Notes: generated by a model not told the origin, from the sequence alone. DNA of 64,000 nucleotides from an uncultured Nitrospiraceae bacterium (GCA_963846575.1 CAWJWJ010000002.1:544001-608000); one strand, 5' to 3'; shown: positions 44,916 to 54,069, counted from the first letter of the stretch. Translations and numbers: made by a program.

Positions 44916-45128
44916 GTGAAGAAAGTCGCTGATGAGTCCAGAAACAAATTGTATAAGACCAATGAGGTCTGCGAGATGTTCGATATCTCGCGAGCTACGT
45001 TGTTTCGTTGGGAGAGAGAAGGGTTAATCTCCGGCCCACCTCGCGATTGGCGAAACTGGCGCCTGTACACAGCCGAAAATGTCGAGCAGATCAAACACGC
45101 GATGGCAAGTCGAAAAGAGGTAGCGTAG
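44916..45128 (+). CDS. Small MerR-type winged HTH DNA-binding protein
   Basis: LYKTNEVCEMFDISRATLFRWEREGLI...RNWRLYT; no effector domain. Confidence 0.8.
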   Translation: MKKVADESRNKLYKTNEVCEMFDISRATLFRWEREGLISGPPRDWRNWRLYTAENVEQIKHAMASRKEVA

Positions 45129-45143
45129 AGAGGGTATGGCACG

Positions 45144-46238
45144 ATGACTTCATTGAAAAGCCTGATGAGTCTTGATTTTCTCTCTATGTTTTCTCCGCAA
45201 CGTCAACTGTTGGGGCTCGATATCGGCTCAAGCAGTATCAAGGTGGTTCAGATCAAGGAACATCGAGGCCATTACACCCTACAGAAATTTGGCGTGAAGG
45301 AGTTGGAGCCGGAAGTGATCGTGGACGGTACTGTCATGGACGAGGGGCGTGTGGTCTCGGCAATTAAGGAGTTGTTGGACGAACACAAGGTCGACCTGAA
45401 GCAGGTGGCCATCTCGATTTCCGGTCATGCGGTCATCGTCAAGAAGATCAGCCTCCCGCCCATGCCAGACGAGGAACTCGATGGACAGGTAAAGCTCTCG
45501 GCGGAGCAGTACATCCCCTTCGACATTAACGAGGTCAATCTCGATTTTCACGTCCTGCCTTCTTCTGAAAATACAGCTGAGCAGGATGAGATGTCCATCG
45601 TGCTGGTCGCGGCCAAAAAGGACAAGGTCAACGAGTTAACCGAGTTGGTGAAGGCGGCTGGGTTGGTTCCTATCGTGATGGATGTCGATGCCTTTGCAAT
45701 TGAAAATATGTATGGCGTGACCTGCCCCGCATCGCAGGACGACACCACGACCTTGGTTAACATCGGCGCCAGCGTCATGAACGTGAATATCGTACGCGGC
45801 GGCGTCTCCCTGTTCACCCGAGATATTCCATTGGGAGGCAATCGATATTCCGAGGCGGTACAGCGCGAAATGGGTGTGTCATTCGAGGAAGCGGAGCAAC
45901 TTAAGAAGAGCGATCGTGATGACGACCCGACCCTGTCTGCCGTCATGGAAAGCGTCAATGCGGAGGTCGCATCCGAAATCGCGCGCACGATCGATTATTT
46001 CAGAACCACGTCATCAGAGAGCGAGATTGCCCGTGTGTTGCTGTGCGGTGGGGGAGCCAAGGTCAAAGGCCTTGCGCAACAGCTTAGCGATCGAATGCAA
46101 GTGGAGGTGGACATCGCGAATCCCTTCAGTGAGATCGACACCTCATTGTGTGATGTCGATCCCGGTGTTCTGGCAGAGATGGGGCCCCTCGCCGCTGTAG
46201 GGGTAGGCCTCGCACTTCGGACGGTGGGGGATCGATGA
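45144..46238 (+). CDS. pilM: Type IV pilus assembly protein PilM
   Basis: LGLDIGSSSIK, AEQYIPF, NIGASVMN, LCGGGA, AVGVGLALR. Confidence 0.95.
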   Translation: MTSLKSLMSLDFLSMFSPQRQLLGLDIGSSSIKVVQIKEHRGHYTLQKFGVKELEPEVIVDGTVMDEGRVVSAIKELLDEHKVDLKQVAISISGHAVIVKKISLPPMPDEELDGQVKLSAEQYIPFDINEVNLDFHVLPSSENTAEQDEMSIVLVAAKKDKVNELTELVKAAGLVPIVMDVDAFAIENMYGVTCPASQDDTTTLVNIGASVMNVNIVRGGVSLFTRDIPLGGNRYSEAVQREMGVSFEEAEQLKKSDRDDDPTLSAVMESVNAEVASEIARTIDYFRTTSSESEIARVLLCGGGAKVKGLAQQLSDRMQVEVDIANPFSEIDTSLCDVDPGVLAEMGPLAAVGVGLALRTVGDR

Positions 46239-46789
46239 TTAGAATCAACTTACTCGCAACCGGGCCCAAGACCAGAAAAGCCAAACCGCAATGGGATGTA
46301 CGCGCCGAGGCGTTGCTCGGCGTCGGCGTACTCTTGATCACGCTGACGGGGTGCTGGTTTTACGCATCCTCGCTCGAGGATGAGATCCAGGCAAAACAAA
46401 GTGAGAAACAAACCAAAGACACTCAGGTGGCTAAGCTCAAAGAGCAGGTGAAAGCGGTTCAAGATTTCGAGGATAAGAAGAAACAACTCGAGGCGAAGAA
46501 TCGCATCATCGATGAATTGGAAAAGAGTCGAACCGGCCCGGTGAAAGTCCTGGATCATGTCAGTCAAAGTCTCAACCCGCTCAAGGTCTGGCTCGTGCGG
46601 ATGTCTCTCAAGGGTAACAGTGTCGAATTGGAAGGACGAGCCCTGACGAACGATGACGTCGTGGAATTCGTCAACAATCTTCGGCGTACCGAACAGTTTG
46701 GCTCGATCAAACTGATGGAGAGCCGGGCAGGACTAGACAACAAGATGAATACCTATCAATTCAAACTCGACCTGTCCATGAAAGGCTAA
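46235..46789 (+). CDS. pilN: Type IV pilus assembly protein PilN
   Basis: MIRINLL motif, TM helix, coiled coil. Confidence 0.92.
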   Translation: MIRINLLATGPKTRKAKPQWDVRAEALLGVGVLLITLTGCWFYASSLEDEIQAKQSEKQTKDTQVAKLKEQVKAVQDFEDKKKQLEAKNRIIDELEKSRTGPVKVLDHVSQSLNPLKVWLVRMSLKGNSVELEGRALTNDDVVEFVNNLRRTEQFGSIKLMESRAGLDNKMNTYQFKLDLSMKG

Positions 46790-46790
46790 T

Positions 46791-47408
46791 ATGAGTCTGA
46801 ATGCGATCAGTCTGGACGGTCTTCGCAGTATTCCGATAGGTCAAAAAATCGCACTGCTCGGATTGCTCGTGGCGGCGATTCTGGTCGGATTTTATTTCTA
46901 TGTCGTCGAACCGAAGGGTACTGAATTAGTCGCGGTTCAGGGACAGGTGGCTCAGTTGGACACCGAGATTCAAAATCTCACACTGAAGATGAAGCATCTG
47001 GATGAACTCGTGGCAGCCAGTAAGCAACTGGAGATTGAGTTGGCAGCCAAAAAAGAACGCCTCCCGCCGGAAGAGGAAGCGGTTATGTTGCTCAAACAAG
47101 TGTCGGATCTTGGGCTTCGGTTGGGACTGGATTTTCGGCTCTGGAAGCCGGGTCCCCAGGCAGAGGATCCGTCAAAATTATTCATTCGAATGCCGATCAA
47201 CGTGGAGGTGGCCGGTGGATATCATACGGCTGCTATCTTCTTCGACCGGATCAGTAAACTGTCCCGTATTGTCACCGTTCAGGATGTGCGGATCGGAGCG
47301 CCCCGGGTTGATCAAGGACGAGTGGTGACGCAAACGGTATTCGATCTGGTGGCCTACGCCGCCCCACAGGAAAAGAGCGCTGCCGGACCGGTAGTGAAGC
47401 CGAAGTGA
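46791..47408 (+). CDS. pilO: Type IV pilus assembly protein PilO
   Basis: TM plus coiled coil, LP..EE, GGYH...FFDRISKLSRIV. Confidence 0.92.
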   Translation: MSLNAISLDGLRSIPIGQKIALLGLLVAAILVGFYFYVVEPKGTELVAVQGQVAQLDTEIQNLTLKMKHLDELVAASKQLEIELAAKKERLPPEEEAVMLLKQVSDLGLRLGLDFRLWKPGPQAEDPSKLFIRMPINVEVAGGYHTAAIFFDRISKLSRIVTVQDVRIGAPRVDQGRVVTQTVFDLVAYAAPQEKSAAGPVVKPK

Positions 47409-47448
47409 CGAATGGGCCCGACTCACGTCCAACGCAAGGGGAAGCATC

Positions 47449-48060
47449 GTGAAGATACGAGTATGGCGGAGTAAGTGGATTGCCCTGGCGAACATCGGGG
47501 CGATACTGGTGGTGGGCGGCATGGCCTTGCCCGGGGAATCCAAAAGCCTTCCCCACCTTCGTCAAGTCGCATCCATGCGTCCGGCTGACTCCTTGAAGGT
47601 CATGCCGCTCCCCGAGGCACAAAAGCCTGTGCCGAGTTTCGAATCGTCCGCTCAGCCCGTGAGTCCGTCGGTGTCGCAGCCGGGGGAATCGTTGCCCCTG
47701 ACATTCTCCGGACTCTCATACGATCCTTCCGGCCGTCGCGATCCCTTTCTGCCCATCTTGCAGTCAGGCGAACAGGATGCGCTGGATTCCAGTCTCCCTC
47801 CGCTGCAGCGGGTGGGCTTGACGGAGCTGAGTTTGATCGCTGTGCTCTGGGGAAATTACGGTTATACGGCCATGGTTCAAACACCCGACGGCAAAGGATA
47901 CAGTATTCGCCGCGGAACGAGGATCGGGCCCAATAACGGGGTGGTCAGTTCAATCACCGAACGAGGTATCATCGTTCAAGAGCGGTTCACGGACGTGTAC
48001 GGGAATAAGCAGGAGCGAGAATATGTGAAGCTTCTGCACCCGAAAGAGGGCACAGAATGA
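47449..48060 (+). CDS. pilP: Type IV pilus assembly protein PilP
   Basis: YDPSGRRDPF, AMVQTPDGKGY, IGPNNG; lies between pilO and pilQ. Confidence 0.88.
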   Translation: MKIRVWRSKWIALANIGAILVVGGMALPGESKSLPHLRQVASMRPADSLKVMPLPEAQKPVPSFESSAQPVSPSVSQPGESLPLTFSGLSYDPSGRRDPFLPILQSGEQDALDSSLPPLQRVGLTELSLIAVLWGNYGYTAMVQTPDGKGYSIRRGTRIGPNNGVVSSITERGIIVQERFTDVYGNKQEREYVKLLHPKEGTE

Positions 48061-50048
48061 AACAAGCACAGGTTGGTGTTCATCCGTTGCTGAGTGTCAC
48101 TGTCATTGCCGGGGTGTTGGGATTTGCCGCCTATGGGCAGGCCGTCATGCCCGGTGAGACAACCGGACTGCCTGGATTGACGCAGGTTGCCGGTCCCGAC
48201 GCCGAAGGGCTGTCGATGGGCAGCACACTCGACACCGCGCAGGACGCGACAGTTGGAGCTCCGGCAACTGTGTTAACCAAGGTCGAAGCCAAATCAGAAG
48301 GAAGCCGGGTCGCGGTGCTCCTGACCAGTGACGGTATATTGATTCCTACCGTGAAAATGATAGGGGAGCGCCGCATGGTCCTCGACATGCCGGGTATCCA
48401 ATCGGATGGACGTCAGTCACAAGTACTCGTTGGCCACCCTCTCTTGAAGCGGATTCGGTTTGGGTACCATCCGGAAAAGGTGCGCTTGGTGCTTGATTTG
48501 ACGCAGTCCGTCGACCACAGCATTCAGTCGACCGACGGTCGTCTAATCGTAACACTGGAGCCCAAGACGGCTGTGGCGACGAATGAGGCAGTTACGGCTG
48601 AGCCTGAGGCGCTGTCGTCGCAGGTCCTTGCACCGCACAGCCTGCCGACCTCCACATTCCAAGCCCCTGCCCATCTGATGCTCATTACTCATAAAGCACC
48701 CAAGGCCTTGTTGCATGCCCAGTCCATTCAGTTAAATGCCGAGTCATTTCAAAAGGACGATAAGAAGACGGACACCAGTGATGTTGTCCACGGGTCGTCA
48801 CGTTTTATCGGGCGCCGCATTTCCCTGGATTTTCAGCAGGCCGACATCAGCAATGTCCTGCGGTTGATTGCCGAAGTTAGCGGATTCAACATCGTGGTCG
48901 GCGAGGGCGTCAAAAATAAGGTCACGATGAAGCTGGCGAATGTTCCGTGGGATCAGGCACTCGAGATGCTTCTGAAGATGAATGCCTTAGGCATGATCCG
49001 CCAGGGCAATATCGTCTGGGTTGATACACTGCAGAATATCGCCAAGCAGCAGGACGAAGAGGCGCGTGCCAAAGATTCGAAGGCGAAGGCCGAGCCGATC
49101 GTCACACGCGTGTTCTACATCCGCAACCTCAACGCGCTGGAAGTCCAGACGTCGCTTCGGCAAAACCTGAGCCCGCGGGGCACCATGACGGTCAGCGCCG
49201 CGAGCAATGCTCTCATCATCAGCGATACCGAGTCCAAGTTGGACGTGCTGCGGCAACTGTTGGATGGAGTGGATCTTGAGGTGCCGCAAGTGCAGATCGA
49301 AGCGCGCATTGTTCAGGCGGATACTACCTATACACGGTCGCTGGGTGTCCAATGGGGAATTCAAAACGTCAACCAGTTGGGAGCGTCGAGTGGGACATCC
49401 GCGTTCAAGACAGGCACCACAGGGAGCTTCGGTGCTCAAGTGTCAGACTTCCTGATCAACTTGCCTGCCAACCCCGGGTTGCCGTCTGTGCCCGGTGCGG
49501 GATTCTCAATTGGAAAAACCGATGGAGCCATGTTGGATGTCCGGCTGTCAGCCGGCGAACTGCTGGGATTGACCAAGGTCATCGCGGCGCCGAAGATCAC
49601 TACGCTGGATAAGCGAGACGCCAAAATTGCACAGGGAGAGTCTATCCCTTTTCAAACTACTTCGTTACAGGGAACACAGACCACATTCGTGGATGCCAAC
49701 CTGGAGTTGAACGTGACTCCCCAGATCACTTCACGGGACCCAAAGGAGATCGGCAAACAGATTCTGATGAAAGTACGAGCGACCAGGAATGCCGTTGGTG
49801 CGCGAAGCAACCCTGCCGGTCCGAGCATTGATCGTCGCGAGGCTACGACCCAGGTTCTGGTACGTGACGGGGAGACGATGGTCATTGGCGGTGTTTTCGT
49901 CGACACCCAGTCGAACAATGTGGCGGGAATCCCCTATCTGTCACGAGTTCCGGTCCTGGGGTGGTTATTCAAGAATAAGACTGAGAATGTGTCCAAGCAG
50001 GAACTCTTGATCTTCCTGACCCCGACGATCGTTCGATCGACAACTTGA
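48057..50048 (+). CDS. pilQ: Type IV pilus secretin PilQ
   Basis: AMIN-like N-terminus, ISLDFQQADI, VPWDQAL, QVQIEARIV, GIPYLSRVPVLGWLFK, ELLIFLTP. Confidence 0.95.
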   Translation: MKQAQVGVHPLLSVTVIAGVLGFAAYGQAVMPGETTGLPGLTQVAGPDAEGLSMGSTLDTAQDATVGAPATVLTKVEAKSEGSRVAVLLTSDGILIPTVKMIGERRMVLDMPGIQSDGRQSQVLVGHPLLKRIRFGYHPEKVRLVLDLTQSVDHSIQSTDGRLIVTLEPKTAVATNEAVTAEPEALSSQVLAPHSLPTSTFQAPAHLMLITHKAPKALLHAQSIQLNAESFQKDDKKTDTSDVVHGSSRFIGRRISLDFQQADISNVLRLIAEVSGFNIVVGEGVKNKVTMKLANVPWDQALEMLLKMNALGMIRQGNIVWVDTLQNIAKQQDEEARAKDSKAKAEPIVTRVFYIRNLNALEVQTSLRQNLSPRGTMTVSAASNALIISDTESKLDVLRQLLDGVDLEVPQVQIEARIVQADTTYTRSLGVQWGIQNVNQLGASSGTSAFKTGTTGSFGAQVSDFLINLPANPGLPSVPGAGFSIGKTDGAMLDVRLSAGELLGLTKVIAAPKITTLDKRDAKIAQGESIPFQTTSLQGTQTTFVDANLELNVTPQITSRDPKEIGKQILMKVRATRNAVGARSNPAGPSIDRREATTQVLVRDGETMVIGGVFVDTQSNNVAGIPYLSRVPVLGWLFKNKTENVSKQELLIFLTPTIVRSTT

Positions 50049-50054
50049 CAGGTC

Positions 50055-50209
50055 CTGGGAAGACCAGTTAATAATCGCCTCCATTGATGACAGTATGCTG
50101 TCTCGATGGGGGCGAATCCCACGGAACGTGCTTCCTCGCCGGCTTACTAGGCGCTTCTTCCGGGCTTTCCCTCTCACACAGACAGATTCACCATCATAGG
50201 TCTTCCCAG
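50055..50209 (+). ncRNA. Candidate structured RNA in the pilQ-aroB intergenic region
   Basis: Perfect 11-bp inverted repeat CTGGGAAGACC (50055-50065) / GGTCTTCCCAG (50199-50209) encloses a long hairpin (50075-50115). Its G-U pairs favour the + strand. Confidence 0.3.
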
Positions 50210-50438
50210 CTGAAATTAGCGTCAGGGGGGATCTACGCCTGAGGGCCCACGGTGCCCGTTTCTCCCGCACTGTGTATTGGTACACTTGCTCTCTGCTGGC
50301 ACCCATAATATCTGATAACGAAGGATGTTCTCTGGGCTTGTCTCAAAATGTCAGGCCGGATCAGGTGGGTGCACTATGAACGTTCCCCACCCCTTCCATA
50401 ACTGAAAGGATCAGCGAAAGTCTTCTGTGTCCTCTCTT

Positions 50439-51596
50439 ATGACTCTTCCCGATACCGACAGCCTTCGCCAAACCATTCATGTCGAACTCGGAGCGCGCAG
50501 CTACGCCATCCACCTGCAACGTGATCTCTTGGGGTCGATTGGACAAGAATTGAAGCGGCTCGGGTGCTCAGGGAAAGTAGGAATCATCACCGACCGAAAT
50601 CTGGCCGGCCGCTATCTCAAGGGGGTGAGCCGGATTCTAAAAACCGCCGGATTTGCCGTCGTTCCCGTTGTGCTTGTTCCTGGAGAGCGGACGAAAACCC
50701 TGCGCTCTATTACGGCGATTATGGATGCTCTGGTAGAGGCCAAATTTGAGCGCACGTCAACGTTGCTGGCGCTGGGCGGTGGGGTGATCGGCGATCTCAC
50801 GGGATTCGCGGCAGCAATTTACCAGCGCGGTATTCCATTTGTGCAGGTGCCCACCAGCTTGGTGGCTCAGGTTGACTCCAGTGTCGGTGGGAAGACGGGT
50901 GTCGACCATCCCAAGGGAAAAAACCTGATCGGTGCCTTCAATCAGCCGCGTGCGGTATTGATCGATCCGGCGACGTTGTCGACTTTGCCGGCGCGTGAGT
51001 GGAGGGCAGGGCTGGGCGAAGTCATCAAGTATGGGGTGATTGCGGACGAGGCGTTCTTTGAGTATTTGGAACAGCATATAGAACCGATCTTGAGGTTGGA
51101 TGACGATGCTGTTGGACGAATCGTGAAACGGTCCTGCGAAATAAAAGCGCAGGTCGTATCCGAGGATGAACGTGAAACGGATCGGCGTCGCATTCTGAAT
51201 TTTGGTCACACCATCGGTCATGCCCTGGAATCCCTCTGCGGATACCGTGGATTGATTCATGGTGAAGCAGTGGCGGTCGGGATGGTATACGAGGCGGACC
51301 TGTCGAGGCATTTGGGTCTATGCGATGAAGCTCTGGTTACCCGTCTACGCGCCTTGATCCGGGCGGCCGGCCTGCCAACCTCTCTGCCCTCTGTCACGTT
51401 TAGCTCCCTCTGGCGCGCTATGCAGCAGGACAAGAAGGTATCGGCGGGAACGGTCTACTGCGTCCTGCCGGAACGAATCGGCTCCGTCCGCGTCGTTCCC
51501 CTGGAGAAAGGGAACGTCCGGGCATGGTTCGATGCCGTTCGTGCTAGTGAAGCGCCGGGTAGAAGAATCCGCCCAACCAAGCGACATTCCCGATAG
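50439..51596 (+). CDS. aroB: 3-dehydroquinate synthase
   Basis: ALGGGVIGDL, QVPTSLVAQVDSSVGGKTG, GKNLIGAF, LNFGHTIGHALE, HGEAV. Start is 50427 (GTG) or 50439 (ATG). Confidence 0.97.
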   Translation: MTLPDTDSLRQTIHVELGARSYAIHLQRDLLGSIGQELKRLGCSGKVGIITDRNLAGRYLKGVSRILKTAGFAVVPVVLVPGERTKTLRSITAIMDALVEAKFERTSTLLALGGGVIGDLTGFAAAIYQRGIPFVQVPTSLVAQVDSSVGGKTGVDHPKGKNLIGAFNQPRAVLIDPATLSTLPAREWRAGLGEVIKYGVIADEAFFEYLEQHIEPILRLDDDAVGRIVKRSCEIKAQVVSEDERETDRRRILNFGHTIGHALESLCGYRGLIHGEAVAVGMVYEADLSRHLGLCDEALVTRLRALIRAAGLPTSLPSVTFSSLWRAMQQDKKVSAGTVYCVLPERIGSVRVVPLEKGNVRAWFDAVRASEAPGRRIRPTKRHSR

Positions 51597-51602
51597 GAAC
51601 CT

Positions 51603-52856
51603 ATGGCGGCCAAGCGCACGGTCAATCAGCTGGAACAGGCGTTGCGAGAGAAAACCCGCGAGGTCGACGTTCTGCATCGCATTAGCGAGTCCATCAGCAA
51701 TACCCTCGATCTGGAGTCGGTCCTTCGGCATATCGTCGACATGGTCGTCGAGGTGACCAAAGCCGATGCCTGCCTGCTGTACTTGATCTCGGATGGGAGG
51801 GACGAACTCATCCTGAGGGCTTCGAAAAATCCCCATCCTAAATTAATCGGACGGATCACCATCGGGTTGGGCGAAGGGATCACCGGCTGGGTGGCCCGGG
51901 AGCGGACCCGTGTGGTGATTCCGAATAGCGCAAGCGATGATTCGCGATTTAAATTTTTCCATAACCTTCCAGAAGACCGCTATCAGGCGTTTGTCTCCGT
52001 GCCCATTACGACCAAGCAGGAAGTGGTCGGGGTCATCAACGTGCAGCATAAGCGGTCGCGCCGGTATCGTCCGGACGAACTGGCGTTGCTTTCGACGGTC
52101 GCCACACAGGTGGGTGGGGCTATTGAAAATGCACGTCTGTACGATCAAATGACGCGCAAGGCCCTGCAACTCGACACACTGTCGCAGGTGTCGGAAACTG
52201 TGTCCTCGAATCGATTGATCGAGGATGTGTTGCAGCTGATTGTGACGATGACGGCGCAAATGATGGGCTCAAAGATCTGTTCCATCATTTTGCTGGATCA
52301 GGCGAGCGGCGAACTTCGGATCGCCGCCACGCAAAGTTTGAGCGAGCAATACCGGCGCAAACCCAATGTGAGGATCGGTCAGAGCATCAGCGGGCGGGCG
52401 GTTCAGGATCGTCGACCGATCATCGTCCCGGATGTTACGAAAGACAGCAGCTATATGTATCCGGATATGGCAGGGAAAGAGGGACTCTGTTCGCTGCTGT
52501 GCGTGCCGATGCTGGTACGGGAGAAGGCTATCGGGGTCATTAACACCTATACGTCCAAACCACATACCTTCACGAGTGAGGACGTGAAACTCATGCAGGC
52601 CATCGCCAACCAGGCAGCCATTTCGATCGAGCATACGACTTTATTGGAGAAGTCGTTTGAGATGCAGGAGGCCTTGCAGGTCCGCAAGTTGCTCGACCGG
52701 GCTAAGGGATATTTAATGCGGGCGAAACGGTTATCCGAAGACGAGGCCTTCAAGCTGATTCAAAGGCAAAGCATGGACCTCCGAAAATCCATGCGGGAAA
52801 TCGCTGAAGCCATTCTGTTGGCGGGCGAAATCGAAGATCGCGCCGATAAAAAATAG
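51603..52856 (+). CDS. GAF-GAF-ANTAR RNA-binding antiterminator (one-component)
   Basis: Two tandem GAF domains (GEGITGWVA...VSVPI...VVGVINV; GQSISGRAV...LCVPML...IGVIN) and a C-terminal ANTAR (RKLLDRAKGYLM...SEDEAFKLIQRQSMDLRKSMREIAEAI). Confidence 0.9.
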   Translation: MAAKRTVNQLEQALREKTREVDVLHRISESISNTLDLESVLRHIVDMVVEVTKADACLLYLISDGRDELILRASKNPHPKLIGRITIGLGEGITGWVARERTRVVIPNSASDDSRFKFFHNLPEDRYQAFVSVPITTKQEVVGVINVQHKRSRRYRPDELALLSTVATQVGGAIENARLYDQMTRKALQLDTLSQVSETVSSNRLIEDVLQLIVTMTAQMMGSKICSIILLDQASGELRIAATQSLSEQYRRKPNVRIGQSISGRAVQDRRPIIVPDVTKDSSYMYPDMAGKEGLCSLLCVPMLVREKAIGVINTYTSKPHTFTSEDVKLMQAIANQAAISIEHTTLLEKSFEMQEALQVRKLLDRAKGYLMRAKRLSEDEAFKLIQRQSMDLRKSMREIAEAILLAGEIEDRADKK

Positions 52857-52863
52857 GGCTCTC

Positions 52864-53826
52864 CTAGGGTGTGCGTTCTTCAGGTGCGGTTGGACGCGGC
52901 ACGACGGAGGGCGAACTCCCCCGATTGAGCTGCTGAGTGTCCAATTGACGTTTGATATCCTGCAGTTCCCTGCGTAGTTCCTCGATCTCTGCATCCTTCC
53001 TTCTCAGATTGTCCTGAATGGCTCGAAGGTCTGTCTCGGGTTCCACTGCTTGCGTTGGCCGCTGGACGGAAGTCGGGCGGGGAGTTTCCCCAGCGAGTCC
53101 CGTCGGCGGCGCAGGGGCGGTCGGAGCGGGCAGTCGTGCCAGTGCATCATAATCAATAATCAGAATGTCCGCCAAGTCCTCGGCAAAGCGTGGTGTAAAA
53201 GACTGGGGGCGCAAGGCTTCCGCAGGAAGAAAGAGGAGATGGCGATTGAGGAGTTGATTGGGCTGGGGAACGCGGCGATTGGGCATGCTGATCGTGTCGG
53301 GGTCATTCGCTCTTCGGCGGTACTCATGCAGAGAAATGTAGAGCGAACGGCCGTATGCGAACACGTGGCCGCTCGTGGTTTCTTTGGCTGACAATTGAAC
53401 GGGTGGTTCGGATGACCCCACTGCAGCGCCAGCTCGTTCCCGATATCCGCCGGTGCCTTCCTGGATCAAGCGAAACCCCACCCGTTGATCTGCGGCAGCC
53501 TGCCTCAGTCCGTCCACGATTGCGGGGGCGAGAAAAGCGACTTCGGACCCTGAAAAGACCGGAACGTTTGGCTGTTCCCGTGAGGTGAGGGCTCTCAGCA
53601 GCCCGGTGTCTTCGTGGATTTTAATGCCCTGTAAGCTGCGCGCGATGAGGGCCTGGTCAAGCCGGATGGGATGGGCTGCCTGAAAGTGGCGGTCAGGAAT
53701 ACGGTCGAGATAGACGGTGCCTTGCTCGGATTGCCGCACAACAAAATCGACTTGTGACCCGGTTGTGCATCCTGTGGCCCAGAGCATCCAGACCAGGGTG
53801 AAGGTGAGAGAGGGAGAGTAGCGCAT
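52864..53826 (-). CDS. Hypothetical lipoprotein with C-terminal coiled coil
   Basis: Start trimmed to MRYSPSL (53826). Hydrophobic segment ending WATGC (lipobox-like), Pro-rich linker and coiled-coil tail. Confidence 0.7.
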   Translation of the reverse strand: MRYSPSLTFTLVWMLWATGCTTGSQVDFVVRQSEQGTVYLDRIPDRHFQAAHPIRLDQALIARSLQGIKIHEDTGLLRALTSREQPNVPVFSGSEVAFLAPAIVDGLRQAAADQRVGFRLIQEGTGGYRERAGAAVGSSEPPVQLSAKETTSGHVFAYGRSLYISLHEYRRRANDPDTISMPNRRVPQPNQLLNRHLLFLPAEALRPQSFTPRFAEDLADILIIDYDALARLPAPTAPAPPTGLAGETPRPTSVQRPTQAVEPETDLRAIQDNLRRKDAEIEELRRELQDIKRQLDTQQLNRGSSPSVVPRPTAPEERTP

Positions 53827-53918
53827 GAGAGTTGGCTCCGACTTTGCCGGCGTCCGAGACCGGCGTAGTGTAGCATAGAGACCCCGTTGGAGAGCGAAGA
53901 ACTGGCCAGTCTCCTCCC

Positions 53919-53948
53919 TTGACAGGAACGCCGTCAAAAGCGTATACA
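53919..53948 (+). promoter_or_regulatory. Candidate sigma70 promoter of the urea operon, overlapped by a TTGAC-N9-GTCAA palindrome
   Basis: TTGACA (53919-53924), 18 bp spacer, TATACA (53943-53948). It lies just upstream of the ANTAR hairpins. Confidence 0.5.
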
Positions 53949-53967
53949 CCCCACCAGTATGCGTTCC

Positions 53968-54033
53968 GGATCAGGACAACGCCGTTCTGATTCTGCGTAG
54001 ACATCGATCACGCAGGGGACAATGACGTCCTTT
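53968..54033 (+). promoter_or_regulatory. ANTAR-binding dual-hairpin RNA motif (P1 53968-53993, P2 54014-54033)
   Basis: P1 GGATCAGGAC-[AACGCC]-GTTCTGATTC and P2 AGGGGAC-[AATGAC]-GTCCTTT. Both have 6-nt loops with A at position 1, G at position 4 and a C-G closing pair. Confidence 0.85.
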
Positions 54034-54069
54034 TGGTCCAATGGTTGGACCGGAAGGGCGTTTTTTTTT
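54026..54069 (+). terminator. Intrinsic terminator (attenuator) in the urea operon leader
   Basis: CGTCCTTTTGGTCCA-ATGGT-TGGACCGGAAGGGCG (15-bp stem including G-U pairs) followed by T9 (54061-54069). Its left arm overlaps P2. Confidence 0.88.

Noticed and set aside
50108..50130. GGGGGCGAA resembling the tmRNA 5' end
   Set aside because: No following TTCGAC motif and no tRNA-like 3' end. The Gs form the right arm of the 50075-50115 hairpin.
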